From positions 78,864,001 to 78,928,000 of the forward strand of contig OX597824.1 of assembly GCA_951406725.2 (NCBI GenBank): a stretch of 64,000 nt of DNA. The letters run 5' to 3'. This DNA comes from Octopus vulgaris. Its lineage: Eukaryota. Position numbers and translations under genes: made by a program. Below, piece after piece: positions 12,440 to 24,712 of this stretch. Under the pieces are notes generated by a model. That model had not been told where the DNA came from and ran no database searches. It was given only the letters and a program-made list of their open reading frames with translations. Position 1 is the first letter of the stretch. Each line of letters opens with the position of its first letter.

Positions 12440-12968
12440 GTGATTCCATGACTTCTGATCTTAACTGATTGGAAGTGTTATCATGTACATGTTTTGTCTT
12501 GATGTAAAAGATGGGCTACTGCAAATATTCTGCTCAATATCACAGATTTGCTTGACCTTAACCAGTTCAGTATGTCTCTTAGTAGCTGATACTATGTGCA
12601 TCTCTGTTCACGAGCAGGAGTAGTGGAGGAAGGACATCATAGCCATGTGTTGAGAAGGGATTCGTTGGGGTTTGAATAGGTCATCCCTGGAAACATGGGT
12701 GTTTCGTTCAACATCCTTATTCAGGGGCCTTTTGAGCGGGATGGGCTACTCAACCTGAAGAAAATTCTAACTGGACCCCACCTGCATGACTGTGTGCTAT
12801 TTATCTCGAAATGAGATCACCGTGTCGCACACATTTGGCTGTGATGCATGTGCCTGATGTACCCTTATCAGATGGATAGCCATGATGGGTATACTGCACT
12901 TCGTGTATTTGTATTCCAACGTCACTTTGATGGCCTGTGCTGCTCTCTCACTTAATCATAATAATAAT
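12440..12968 (+). mobile_element. Probable non-LTR retrotransposon 3' UTR ending in (AAT)n
   Basis: GC-richer block terminating ctctctcacttaatcataataataat. Family not assigned. Confidence 0.3.
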
Positions 12969-13109
12969 TTGTGACACAGGCACAAGGGCCATTTATTTGA
13001 GGGTTGGGCACATTCGGTTATATTGAATTATATATTTTATTTATTTCGGAATTATGAATGGTATAATTCATATATGTGATTTGAACTCATAATATTAAGG
13101 GAACTAGGG

Positions 13110-14090
13110 CCAAGTGTCTCACTGGAATATTTATCCTAGCTCAACCTCAAAAAATGTACCCCTCTACACATGCTGCTCAAGTTTTTGCAAAAACCGCTTA
13201 GCAATTTCAAAATACGAATGGTCATACCATAGAAGCTTTAGAAAAGAACTTAATATGACTCTTCAAGAAATTTGGTTTAAACAAAATTATTACCTCTGGC
13301 TACAGTGAACTTTTTGGACATTACTTAGACATCACTACAGACATGTATCACTTCTAAAGAGAGCTTACGAAGACTATATTTACAGGAATTAAAAAATTTA
13401 GTAACTGACGTTAGGCGAAAACTTTATTTATCTTCAAAATAACAGCACCCTGTTACAACGAAACATTTGTGAAGTTAATATACAAGGATCATCCTTCATT
13501 CTGAAGAGAGTCAGGGAGAGGGATATAACTTCGTTCAATCAACCTTGACATCCCAGCAAGCATTGCAAGGAAATCTTTATCCTTCGTTAGAACTAATTCT
13601 CAAGCGCTTAAATACCACAAGTTGTTTAATATACATAACGTTATGGTCAGTTATTCCTGTCTAGATAGCAGTGCGTGGTACAACAGAAAAGGTATACACT
13701 TGCACAACAACTATCCCAAACACCTACCGGCAACTGCTGAAATCAATCCACCAGCTAACTGATTGGGTTCTACCGTAGAAACACTGAGGCAATGTTTATA
13801 TGGTGACACTCATTTCATTTCAAGGAATTTCAGGGGAACCGTAGTCAATGACCCCAAGACCAGCATATACTTCTCTATGAACAGAAACAACTCTAATTTT
13901 TTCTGGGCATTTTAGGACTAGGATAAGACCTACCCAACATACTCAAAAATCCTCTTCCTTATTCATCCAAGTGCATAATGCCAGTTTTGTCACTCTGAGA
14001 AACTGTACATATTGCATTAACTTTCTGAATCCGTTACCAAAATTATGAACTTTCATAATACTATCACCAGCAGAATTCACTATAAGCTAG
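13110..14090 (+). pseudogene. Penelope-like element RT-thumb/linker/GIY-YIG remnant
   Basis: Frameshifted motifs VNFLDIT, DITSFNQP...ASIARKSL...YHKLFNIHNVMVSYSCL (cf. IIWFNPP...KIFNRNTVKVSYSC) and CQFCHSEKLYIL (cf. CxLCLxEKxxI). Confidence 0.65.
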
Positions 14091-14927
14091 CTAATAGTGA
14101 ATTAGTTCATAACACAGTTTTATAATTTTCTATTGAAACTACACTGATATGAACAGTGGAATTTCCAATGAACGTAAGAACGACTATACTTAACTAATGC
14201 GTTAGAATTGTCCGACATTAAAAAACGTTTAGCAATATGAATGAATATTAAACATTACCTAAAATAAAATCAGCCACTTTGGGATTCGTAACGCTTATAG
14301 CCAGAATATCTGGAAAATTAGAAGTATCTTAAGCCTTTGCACATTTACTGTCAAACCAATTCGCTTGCAACATGTTAAATACATATAATGTGGTAGGACA
14401 GAGAACCACGTAACAACGATGCGAATTTGTATTTTTTTGGTATAGTTTCTCCTTCTTATACAAAAGACTATTCTGATGATAAATAATATTGTCTAAACCA
14501 GGGGTGGGGAACCTTTTCGTTCATGAAGGCCACCTTACAATTCATCACCCCTCATAGAACAAATATTGAACAAATTGAACAAATATTTTTTTATGTTTAT
14601 CCTTAGGCTTAGGCCACTAAGTAATTTGATAGAAATGTCATTAAAAAAAGAAAAAGAAAGACAGGTGAATAAAAATTGGAAATATGACATTTTTAAATAT
14701 TTTACTTAAGTAGAAACTTTATTAAATAAGTAAATTAATAATAATCTTTTTAAAAAAGTCAAGCTTCTAAACACCGAGAATATGAAATTTCGAAATATTT
14801 CCTTAAGGCATGTATTTACTCTTTCTTCAAATTAATGACTTCTTTGAGTTTGCTTTTTTTGAGAAAGCATTTTGATATTAGGTTCTAACAGAGTGGTTCT
14901 TAGTACCAATTGGTCCTCTGCTCATCT

Positions 14928-15315
14928 GGAGGCGCAATGGCCCAGTGGTTAGGGCAGCGGACTCGCGGTCATAGGATCGCGGTTGTTTCGATTCCCAGAC
15001 CGGGCGTTGTGAGTGTTTATTGAGCGAAAACACCTAAAGCTCCACGAGGCTCCGGCAGGGGATGGTGGTGATCCCTGCTGTACTCTTTCACCACAACTTT
15101 CTCTCACTCTTACTTCCTGTTTCTGTTGTACCTGTATTTCAAAGGGCCGGCCTTGTCACTCTCTGTGTCACGCTGAATATCCCCGAGAACTACGTTAAGG
15201 GTACACGTGTCTGTGGAGTGCTCAGCCACTTACACGTTAATTTCACGAGCAGGCTGTTCCGTTGATTCGGATCAACCGGAACCCTCGTCGTCGTAACCGA
15301 CGGAGTGCTCCCCCG
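14928..15315 (+). mobile_element. Young tRNA-derived SINE (family C, ~385 bp)
   Basis: tRNA-like head ggcgcaatggcccagtggttagggcagcggactcgcggtc...ttcgattccc. 13-bp TSD cctctgctcatct (14915-14927 / 15316-15328). Near-identical copies occur elsewhere in the window. Confidence 0.88.
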
Positions 15316-15351
15316 CCTCTGCTCATCTGTCATTTGTGTTCTCAGTGAATT

Positions 15352-18148
15352 TGTAACGAACTTCGTGTGAGGTGTGTGAATATCTTCGTGTGTGGTGTGA
15401 ATATCTTCGTGCACTTTTGGGGTGCACAAAGCAATCACTCACTAGCCGTTACTTAATAATCCAGAATCTCTACTAGTCAGAAACAAACAGGACGCAGACG
15501 TAAAATATACATATAACTACTTTATTCTCTTTCTTGGTAAACCATAACAATAAGTGTGTTATCTGATGTCCTTGATTCGGGCGCGCACCGCTATAAGTTA
15601 ATAGATTGTAATATTTACAATGTCCATCCCAAAAACAGAAAGGGGTCAAAATGGCGTCGAACAGGGAAGTTGAAATGTGGTCGGCAACAATTTGGTTAAA
15701 GGTATTTCGGCCGACTGCTGCTAGAATCAAGTCCTGACGGAGAGAGAATATACGCGTGACCGTCGTCGTCAATCGCTGGTTCCCAAGTCACCGCTTGCTG
15801 GACGCTAGCGGTCAAACGTTCTACGACCCCCTTGCCTCGCTAACTGCTACGTAGGCAATAGGGTCGTGCTACCGGTGGTTCGCGCATGCGCGAGAGGGCC
15901 TTCCTTTCTGTGCCTTGGTAAAGGCACCAACACGCGCGAAATACAAATGGGCGGTGCGCGAGCGCGCGCCGTTGTCGGATCACTACAGGCTCCCCTCCAG
16001 TGCGTACGCACGAAAGGAAACTTATTGTAGTGACTGCAAAACTCAAGGTGGACACCAGATAACCAAATAGCACACAATAATATAATGGCAAAATTTATAA
16101 CATACACAAGAAATTTACTAAAGGAAAAAGAGAAAAAATACTCAATGAGCAAAAATCAAGAGTGCATGCATGAAAGTGTATACGTCACAAAAGTATAAAC
16201 CCTTCCGCTGAAAGGAGCGGAGGGAAAAGCAAAACTCACAGTTAATGTACCTAGGCGAAATTAAAATCCAACTTCTCTAAAGGTAGTTGATCCTGCAAAT
16301 AGCAGTTAAATCAATTGCTGCAGGAGAGGAAATGGAATTGACAGAAGCTCGCTAGTAACACAAAAGGCAAAAATGCAAACATGCTGGTGTGATGCGCGAC
16401 ACAGATAATTTTCTGTTAATTTACGTGACCAACAGTGGTCTAACAGGGAAAAATAATTACGCCTATAAATCGGCGCAGCGCATTTGAACATCCGACATGA
16501 GTCGGGAAAAGAAATCAAGCTAACGCAAAACGTGTTGCAAAAACAAGGCAAGTACACGTGCGAAGCAATAGGCGCATGAAATGCAATAGTGCTGCCAGAC
16601 CGAAAAACAGCAAGAATATGCCAGTGGTTGAGCGATTATATGCCTCGTTCGCACAGGAACAAAAGTATGACATGCTGGCGCGTTATAATGGACAAACAAC
16701 CCTCTCTATGTATACGTGACCGCTAGGGTCTATAGAAATGAGGGGTGTCCATAAAAGGCAAATTTAGCATGGAACAAAACAAGCGAGAAAAGCACGTGTG
16801 ACGTATGTATGTGAGAGAGAGCATTTATGTGTGTGTACGTGTGTGCGACAGAAATACATACAAGGTGAATGCGAGCAAAATACAAAAAATACAGCGCATA
16901 GAAAAAATGTCTCTCGGGCTATTCCAGACAAGAATTAATTTACCAGTCTGTAATAGCCTGATGTACAATAGCAGTTCGTTCTGTAACAGAAATGTTGAAA
17001 TCACAAAATGCAGATGCCGGTTGAACACATATCGTGTAACGGTTGTGGCTTCGATGCTGTGACAGGTTAACTGGAACAGAAGAAATCTCGTAGATAGACG
17101 GTGCTGTGAATCCTTGGTGTGCATATGCACAAACGGCAAGTGGACCAAACTTCCGCGAGTTGCTATGTACATCTTGGTGGAGGTCGACGGTGTTGAAAGG
17201 CGACGTTGGTGATGGAAGGCGACTGTAGTGGACTTGGGACAACATCGTTCTTAGTGATGATGGCGACGAAGATAGCGACGACGTGAAGTAGACAGACGAC
17301 GATGATGATGACGAAGGTGGAGAAAAGGCATCGATGATGTGATGGCGTTCGTCATCATGGCTGTAGAATAAGAAAGAGGGTCCTTCTACAACTGTTTGTG
17401 GTGGCCGGAAACAAATCGTCGTAAGATGAATGCGTAGAGTTAAATCGTGTTCCGACTTCGCAGAAAAACTGGATTTTTTTTTTGTTGATAAGTGATCTCT
17501 GGTTTTAGACCAGAATCACGTCGGGAGGTCACCACTTGTAACGAACTTAACGTGATGCGTGAATATCCTCGTGCACTTTTGGGGTGCACAAAGCAATCAC
17601 TCACTAGCCGTTACTTAAATAATCCAGAATTCTACAAGTCGGAAACAACAGGACGCAGACGTAAAATATACATATAACTACTTTATTCTCTTTCTTGGTA
17701 AACCATAACAATAAGTGTGTTATCTGATGTCCTTGATTCGGGCGCGCACCGCTATAAGTTAATAGATTGTAATATTTACAATGTCCATCCCAAAAACAGA
17801 AAGGGGTCAAAATGGCGTCGAACAGGGAAGTTGAAATGTGGTCGGCAACAATTTGGTTAAAGGTATTTCGGCCGACTGCTGCTAGAATCAAGCCCTGAGG
17901 GAGAGAGAATATACGCGTGACCGTCGCCTTCAATCGCTGGTTCCCAAGTCACCGCTTGCTGGACGCTAGCGGTCAAACGTTCTACGACCCCCTTGCCTCG
18001 CTAACTGCTACGTAGGCAATAGGGTCGTGCTACCGGTGGTTCGCGCATGCGCGAGAGGGCCTTCCTTTCTGTGCCTTGGTAAAGGCACCAACACGCGCGA
18101 AATACAAATGGGCGGTGCGCGAGCGCGCGCCGTTGTCGGATCACTACA
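15352..18148 (-). mobile_element. Complete non-autonomous LTR retrotransposon (Ty3/gypsy-like)
   Basis: Two highly similar LTRs 15352-15987 and 17537-18148 (TGTAACG...CACTACA) with 4-bp TSD aatt. PBS 17513-17534 is like the tRNA-Trp 3' end and the PPT is at 15988-15999. The 1.55-kb interior has no pol. Confidence 0.92.
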
Positions 18149-19256
18149 AATTCTTGATTCGCGTCAAGTACGAGAATGTAGATTCGCAACAGTGTTGTAG
18201 AAAAGCAGAAGTCAGTCGGCATGCATGTTCACGAAGACAAGGATATTCTATTGCCTGCTCCATTTGTAACTCTTCGGGAGCCTTTGGTACATCAACTAAC
18301 TGAGGCTGAAAAGCAGGTTTCAGAGCGGTGTTATGCTTTTCAAAATCACTGAATCTTTTGTTGTATTCTTCTATTAATGAGTCTAAAACTGTCTTCTATT
18401 CTTCAAAAGATCCAGTGATATATGCATTTTCACTCATTACCTTCGTAAACTGGGGAAAGTGTTCCTCTGAAAGTTTTGATTTAGCCAAAAGAGACTTGAA
18501 AAACAACTTTTTTCTAAATACCTGAATTTTTTTGCCAGATAGCGTAAATAGATTTATTTCTGCCGTGCAACAAAATGTTTTACTCATTTTGTTTTGATAT
18601 AACATCATATAAAAATGCAACATCTCTGTAAAAATTTGGATCTGATAAATCACAATGTTTGTTGTTTCCTTTGAAAAAGTCAATTATTTGATTTCGTAAA
18701 GATACGATTTTGACCAATACTTTCCCTTGTGACGGCCAGCGTACTTTTGAGTGATAAGGCAAATCTACACTAATTACTTCATCATCCCATCATCAGCATG
18801 CTTCTAAATTGACGATGCTTCGTGGCATTTGCTCGAATATAGTTTACAATACTTATAACCTTAGGCAAAGAGTCATTCAAAATGGCACATTATGTACAGA
18901 GATTTTACCGATGTAAAATACAATGAAAAGAAATCAGTTCACTTGGATCTTTGGTTTCTCTTTTAAGCTGTGCAATAAATCCTTGATGCTTAACCATCAT
19001 AGATGGAGCACCATCCGTGCACACACTTACCAAATTACTAATATTTAGTCCTACTTTGTGGCATTGCTCTTTGAAGTTGTTAAAAATATCTATCCCCCGC
19101 ATCCTTCCTTTAAGGGTGCCTAAAGCAAGCAATTCTTCATATAATTGAAAATCATCATTTACGTGCTGAATCAGTGGAATCTGTCGATTCATCCAAAGCT
19201 ACTGAATAATATACATTTTCTTTTTGGCTTATGTATTTCAGCTGCTCTGTTACGTC

Positions 19257-19990
19257 TGTAACGGCGGAATTTGGTTTGGTAAACGATATTATATGTTGGT
19301 TGTCAGCAGATGTAACGATTATATGTTGTTGTTATTGCATGTTGTAAGATGTGAAAGATACACAATGCATGAAGTTTCAAGGAAATATTCATTTACCGTT
19401 ACTTACAAATACCTTGCTTCGACGAGTAGGTTGTGATAAATCCAAAAGCATGCGAAGTAAAGTTTGTGTTTGTGTCCTCTTCATTGTTTAGTAGTAATTA
19501 CAGAGAGAGAGATAGAATAATATTGTAAGAGAACAGAAATGGAGCAAGTGAAAGTGAGAGAGTGTGGGGCGTTATCTTTCTTTTTCCCTCTGCCCGTTTT
19601 GTCTGCCTGCCTCAATGATTCTAGTGGTCGGTTCACTAACTGATGTTAGCTCTCTCTCAACTCACGAGTTTGTCACCAAGGTGACTAACTGATTTTTGCT
19701 TGGGGTATGCTTGCTTATATAACTATCCAGAAGGATAGATATATCATTGAGAACACAAGATTTAGTTAGTGGTCTTGTTATCTCTATTCTAGCTTTTGGT
19801 GAAGTAGAAGAGGTTAGAAAGGGTCAAGTGGTGAAGACATTATTTCAGCCTAACTAAAGGCATCTGTGAAATGTAAAACTGCTGTCAGAGAAAAACCATT
19901 GTTCTACCATGGGAACAGTTCTGTTGCAGCGTTAATTTAAATTTGGGTATGGTGGATCGAATCCACTTCATGCATGCAAGATTCACTACA
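19257..19990. mobile_element. Solo LTR (734 bp)
   Basis: TGTAACG...TTCACTACA termini with flanks cgtc / catc (4-bp TSD with one CpG-type change). Removing it rejoins the hAT frame LSCD-VTEQLK. Confidence 0.72.
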
Positions 19991-21340
19991 CATCACATGA
20001 TAATTTATGCTGTCCATCTGTATTAGTTTTTTTCTTGAAAGAGACATCTCCTTATATTTGTTAACTTTATCTGGATCTATACATCTTACCACTTCTAAAA
20101 TACATTCCTTTATGAATTCTGGATCGATGAATGGTTTACCTTTTTTGCCAAGCAAATATGCAACTTTATAGCTGGCTTCTGTCACACGCACGCACAGACA
20201 CACACGCGCACGCGCACTTGCGAACACATATACATGGATCAATTCTATAAATTCTAAAATTACTCAATTGTTAAAAGTTAAAATGGTTTGCACTCTAAAA
20301 TTCTATGCAATTATATTTATTTCAAATCTGCATACAAGACGGACAATTAAGTTGTATACAGAAAACAAACAATTACATAATGTTTTATTGTATAACAAAC
20401 TTCTGTCCCACGCTCTCCCACTCTCTCTCTCCCTCTATCTATCTATTTATCTATCTAGATATCTGTCTCTATCATTGTATGTATCTCTTTCTCTCATTAT
20501 CAATCTATTTCTTATTCCTCTCCTTTTGTCAATAATAATCTTTATTGTAAATAACAATAAAGTATTTTCCTAACATAGGCACATGGTTGCATTTGGGAGT
20601 GAGTGGAAGGGGTTGGTTAGCGTACATTCACCCCTGTTACTTGACTGGCCTTATAATTAATACTAGCAGAAAGACCGCCCTCCTGGCGGTTTTCTGCTAG
20701 TTCTTTTTTTGTTTGATTCAGTCATTTGACTGTGGCCATGCTGGAGCACCGCCTCTTTCGGGGTCCATAAATTAAGTACCAGTTACGCACTGGGGTCGAT
20801 GTAATCGACTTAATCCGTTTGTCTGTCCTTGTTTGTGCTCTCTGTGTGTAGCCCTTGTGAGTGGTAAAAAAAATAGGTATTTCTGAGTTCAAATTCCGCC
20901 GAGGTCGACTTTGCCTTTCAATACTTCGGGGTCGATAAATTAAGCACCAGTTGTGTACAGGGACCGATCTAATTGACTAGCCCCCACCCCACCCCCAAAT
21001 TGGGCCTAAAGTAGAAAAAAATATGTATTGCTTTATTTAATGGAGCAAGGACAGTGAAGTGGCAGAATCGTTTTATGTTCTGAGTTTAGATCCCGGCTTG
21101 ATCAACTATTGAGAAATAAATTTCCCCTCGAAGACTGGGCCAGATGGTATCAACTAAACCAGTCCCACCCCTCAAAATTATGGTCCTTGTGCCAACACTA
21201 GAAGCAATTATTTAATGGAGTAACTTTGCGTGATGGCGCATGGTTCGGTGGTTGGGGTATAATCGGGCCCCTAAACTCGCGAGGGCCCCGGGCGACTGCA
21301 CAGTTTACCCATGTCTTAAGACGGTATTAGTCTTTTGCCA

Positions 21341-21645
21341 GCGGTGAGCTGGCAGAATCGTTAGCACGCCGGGCGAAATGCGTAGCCGTATTTCGTCCGT
21401 CTGTCCCTGTTTGTCCTCTCTGTGTTTAGCCCCTTGTGGGTAGTAATGAAATACGTATTTCGTCTGCCGTTACGTTCTGAGTTCAAATTCCACCGAGGTC
21501 GACTTTGCCTTTCATCCTTTCGGGGTCGATAAATTAAGTACCAGTTACGCACTGGGGTCGATGTAATCGACTTAATCCCTTTGTCTGTCCTTGTTTGTCC
21601 CTCTGTGTTTAGCCCCTTGTGGGTAGTAAAGAAATAGGTATTAGT
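21341..21645 (+). mobile_element. tRNA-derived SINE family A (central gcctttcatcctttcggggtcgataaattaagtaccag domain, resembling the Meta domain of MetaSINEs), rearranged dimer
   Basis: Head gcggtgagctggcagaatcgttagcacgccgggcgaaatg, B-box-like gagttcaaattcc, and tail ccccttgtgggtagtaaagaaata. Confidence 0.8.
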
Positions 21646-21974
21646 CTTCCCTATTTTCACACCGCTCAGATGTGAAAATCGCGGGATATTTAACAGCTAT
21701 TTATAACAAATCGATCGACCGTTTATACGCATCTTCACTAGCTAGTTAATAATAAACCAATTAGTTAACCAGCAGGGCAGCATCCACTGTTTTTGAAAGC
21801 CTTCTTTTATAAATCCCATGCATGTTGCACTAATTTAAAGCAGAGAGCAAGCAATGCAAAACATTTCTTGCTGTTCAGTAGAAACAATAAATGTCCCCTC
21901 TTTCTTCCTCTATCTTCTCCCAGTGAACTAAATTAATCCTTCACATACAATAAAAGTTGTTTGTGTATTTATTT

Positions 21975-22372
21975 CTCTTTTTCTCTTTTACTTGTTTCAG
22001 TCATTCGACTGCGACCATGCTGGAGCACCGCCTTTAGTCGAGCAAATCGACCCCCAGGACTTATTCTTTGGAAGAGTAGTACTTATTCTATTGGTCTCTT
22101 TTGCCGAACCGCTAGGTTACGGGAACGTAAGCAAACCACCATCGGTTGTCAAGCGATGTTGGGAGGACAAACACAGACACACAAACATATACACATATAT
22201 ACATATATACGACGGGCTTCTTTCAGTTTCTGTCTACCAGATCCACTCACAAGGCTTTGGTCGGCCCGCGGCTATAGTAGAAGACACTTGCCCAAGGTGC
22301 CACGCAGTGGGACTGAACCCAGAACCATGTGGTTGGTAAGCAAGCTACTTACCACACAGCCACTCCTGCGCC
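21975..22372 (-). mobile_element. tRNA-derived SINE family B (CORE-like gcaccttgggcaagtgtctt), full length
   Basis: Minus strand ggcgcaggagtggctgtgtggtaagtagcttgct...ggttcagtcccactg..., an internal (TA)/(TG) tract, and tail gactgaaacaagtaaaagag. Confidence 0.85.
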
Positions 22373-22427
22373 CATTTATCTTTTTATTATCATTTGTTTA
22401 GTTCAGGCATGAGCAACCATTTTTGAG

Positions 22428-22522
22428 GCTAAGCATTTCGCCCAGCGCTTAGCATTTCGCCCAGCGCTTAGCATTTCGCCCGGCGCTTAGCATTTCGCCC
22501 GGCGCTTAGCATTTCGCCCGGC
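22428..22522. repeat. 19-bp x5 tandem repeat derived from the family A SINE head
   Basis: gcttagcatttcgccc(a/g)gc repeated five times without spacers. Confidence 0.9.
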
Positions 22523-23020
22523 GCACTAGCGATTCTGCCAGCTCGCCGCATTGGATATTTATATGATAGAAATACTGTGCGTAATTATAAATCATTTTTT
22601 TTTTTGTTCTTTAAGTTTTTAGTTCAAATCACGCTGAGGTTAAGTATGTGAAATATCTAACAGGTCATCCTATAAATAATGTCCGAAATATATATGTAAT
22701 TTCTATCAAATTTTGCAATATTCTAAAATGTCAAAAGGTATTGATTGATATTAATATGAATATGGAAACCTTTAACTTAATGTAACTTCTTTTTACAGAA
22801 TAATCTGACTGAATTAATTAATAATATTTACCCCTCAAAGATGGACTCATCGAAAAGGAGCATTTAAGGAGCATAATGCTTTATGAGTTACAAAAAGGAA
22901 ACATTATAGCAGAAGCAACCCGAAATATCCATTCTGTTTATGGAGAAGACTGCTTGAACGAAAGAAGTTACAGAAGGCAGTTTGCAAAGTTCAAAAATGG
23001 TGATTTCAGCCTTAGAGAAT

Positions 23021-23257
23021 AACCTATTTCTTTATTACCCACAAGGGGCTAAACACAGAGGAGACAAACAAGGACAGACATAGGTATTAAGTCGATTACA
23101 TCGACCCCAGTGTGTAACTGGTACTTAATTAATCAACCCCGAAAGGATGAAAGGAAAAGTCGACCTCGGCGGAATTTGAACTCAGAACGTAACTGCAGAG
23201 GAAATACGGCTACGCAATTCGTCCGACGTGCTAACGTTTCTGCCAGCTCGCCGCCTT
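23021..23257 (-). mobile_element. SINE family A inserted in the mariner relic
   Basis: Flanked by a duplication of (gcc)ttagagaat at ~23009-23020 and ~23253-23264. Confidence 0.85.
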
Positions 23258-23264
23258 AGAGAAT

Positions 23265-23745
23265 TACCACGAGACCCGACAATGCTGTGACAGAAGACAC
23301 GACAAATGAAGTGAATTCATGACTCGCAGGATGTAGAGTGACCCACTTTTCTTGAGGAGACCTATTGAGTCAAGTACGTTAACACCAATGAAAATCAAAC
23401 GGAAATCGCAGTTAAGATACTCGTGCCGGTGACACGTTAAAAGCACCGTCCGGACGTGACGGATGCCAGCGGCGCCTGACTGGTGTCCGTGTCGGTGACA
23501 CGTAAAAGCACCAACTGATCTTGGCCGTTTGCCAGCCTCCTCTGGCCCCTGTGCTGGCGGCACGTAAAAAGCACCTAGTACACTCACAGAGTGGTTAGCG
23601 TTAGGAAGGGCATCCAGCTGTAGAAACACTGCCAGATCAGACTAGAGCCTGGTGCAGCCTCCTGGCTTCCCAGACCCCGGTCGAACCGTCCAACCCATGC
23701 TAGCATGGAAAACAGACGTTAGACGATGATGATGATGATAAGGAT
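23265..23745 (+). mobile_element. RTE-type LINE/SINE 3' portion ending in (GAT)n
   Basis: Three ggtg.cacgt(a)aaagcacc-like hairpin repeats. The tail ccaacccatgctagcatggaaaacagacgttagacgatgatgat is shared with 2.6-2.8k and 8.65k. Confidence 0.65.
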
Positions 23746-24347
23746 AATGAGGACGCCCCGTTGAATTTGATGATGAGCATCTTTTGCCAGAACTTGAGAA
23801 GCATAATACTGTGTCAGTTGAAGAATATGTAAGCAAGCTCAATTCAAGTCATTCAACTGTTCACCACTACCATCTTCAATAGCTTGGAAAGGTGCCCAAA
23901 CACAGGAAATAGGTTCCCCATGATTTGACAGAAGCCAACCGAAAATCACGAAAGGCCATCTGTTCATTTTTTCATTCTCGTGACTAATATCTCGCTATTT
24001 TTGGAATGATTAGTGACTGGTAATGAAAAATGGATGATGATGATGATGATAATGATCTAGCAGTTCCACCACCGGTGCTGGAAATTTTTCTCTGCTACAT
24101 TTCTGTGCTTTTAAGTACTAGACGTCTATACGTGACGCCCGCTGAAGACAAATATAATATTCACTTTGCCTTTCTTCTTTTCGGGGTTGATAAACTAAGT
24201 ACCAGTTGCCATCTGGGTGTCAATCCAATCGACTTTCCCCCTCCCTTAAAATTTCCGGCCTTGTACCTAGAGTAGAAAAAGAATATATCCACGTTAAGTA
24301 GGATATATTGATTGCTATTCGGTACTGATACTACTTCCGTCGCTAAC

Positions 24348-24399
<52 letters not shown>

Positions 24400-24539
24400 C
24401 CGAGGTCGACTTTGCCTTTCATCCTTTCGGGGTCGATAAATTAAGTACCAGTTACGCACTGGGGTCGATGTAGTCGACTTAATCCCTTTGTCTGTCCTTG
24501 TTTGTCCCCTCTGTGTTTAGCCCCTTGTGGGTAGTAAAG

Positions 24540-24712
<173 letters not shown>

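Larger units (their letters stand above)
14499..20185 (-). mobile_element. Decayed hAT transposon (GTF2IRD2/SPIN/Charlie-Buster-like transposase) carrying nested insertions
   Basis: TIR caggggtggggaacc at 14499 follows gtctaaac (similar to the NTCTAGAN target). Minus-strand pieces: ASYKVAYLLGKKGKPF...SLSR (20.0-20.2k), YYSVALDESTD (19.2k), EELLALGTLKG...VCTDGAPSM...FHCILH (18.9-19.1k), LPYHSKVRWPSQGKVL (18.7k), CESTFSYLTRIKN|SLRTQMTDEQ|EDQLVLRTTLLEPNIKMLSQKKQTQRSH* (stop at 14832). Confidence 0.88.
22661..24033 (+). pseudogene. mariner transposase relic split by SINE/RTE insertions
   Basis: KEHLRSIMLYELQKG...EATRNIHSVYGEDCLNERSYRRQFAKFKNGDFSL (22855-23020), then GRPVEFDDEHL...*VPHDLTEAN...LVTGNEKW (23750-24033), matching the WVPHEL and TGDEKW motifs. 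Confidence 0.85.

Noticed and set aside
14928-15010. tRNA gene-like sequences (also at 28130, 33505, 48930, 53523)
   Set aside because: Only A/B-box heads of SINEs, with no complete cloverleaf and followed by SINE bodies and TSDs
15013-15265. Repeated small ORFs MFIERKHLKL... / MVVIPAVLFHH... in five places
   Set aside because: They are translations of the non-coding family C SINE, so recurrence reflects copy identity
15473-18222. Duplicated ~100-aa ORFs (MTTTVTRIF... / MKATVTRIF...)
   Set aside because: They lie inside the two LTRs and have no protein-family motifs
22428-22522. Regular 19-bp repeats resembling a CRISPR array
   Set aside because: No spacers, the unit is part of the family A SINE head, the context is eukaryotic, and there are no cas genes
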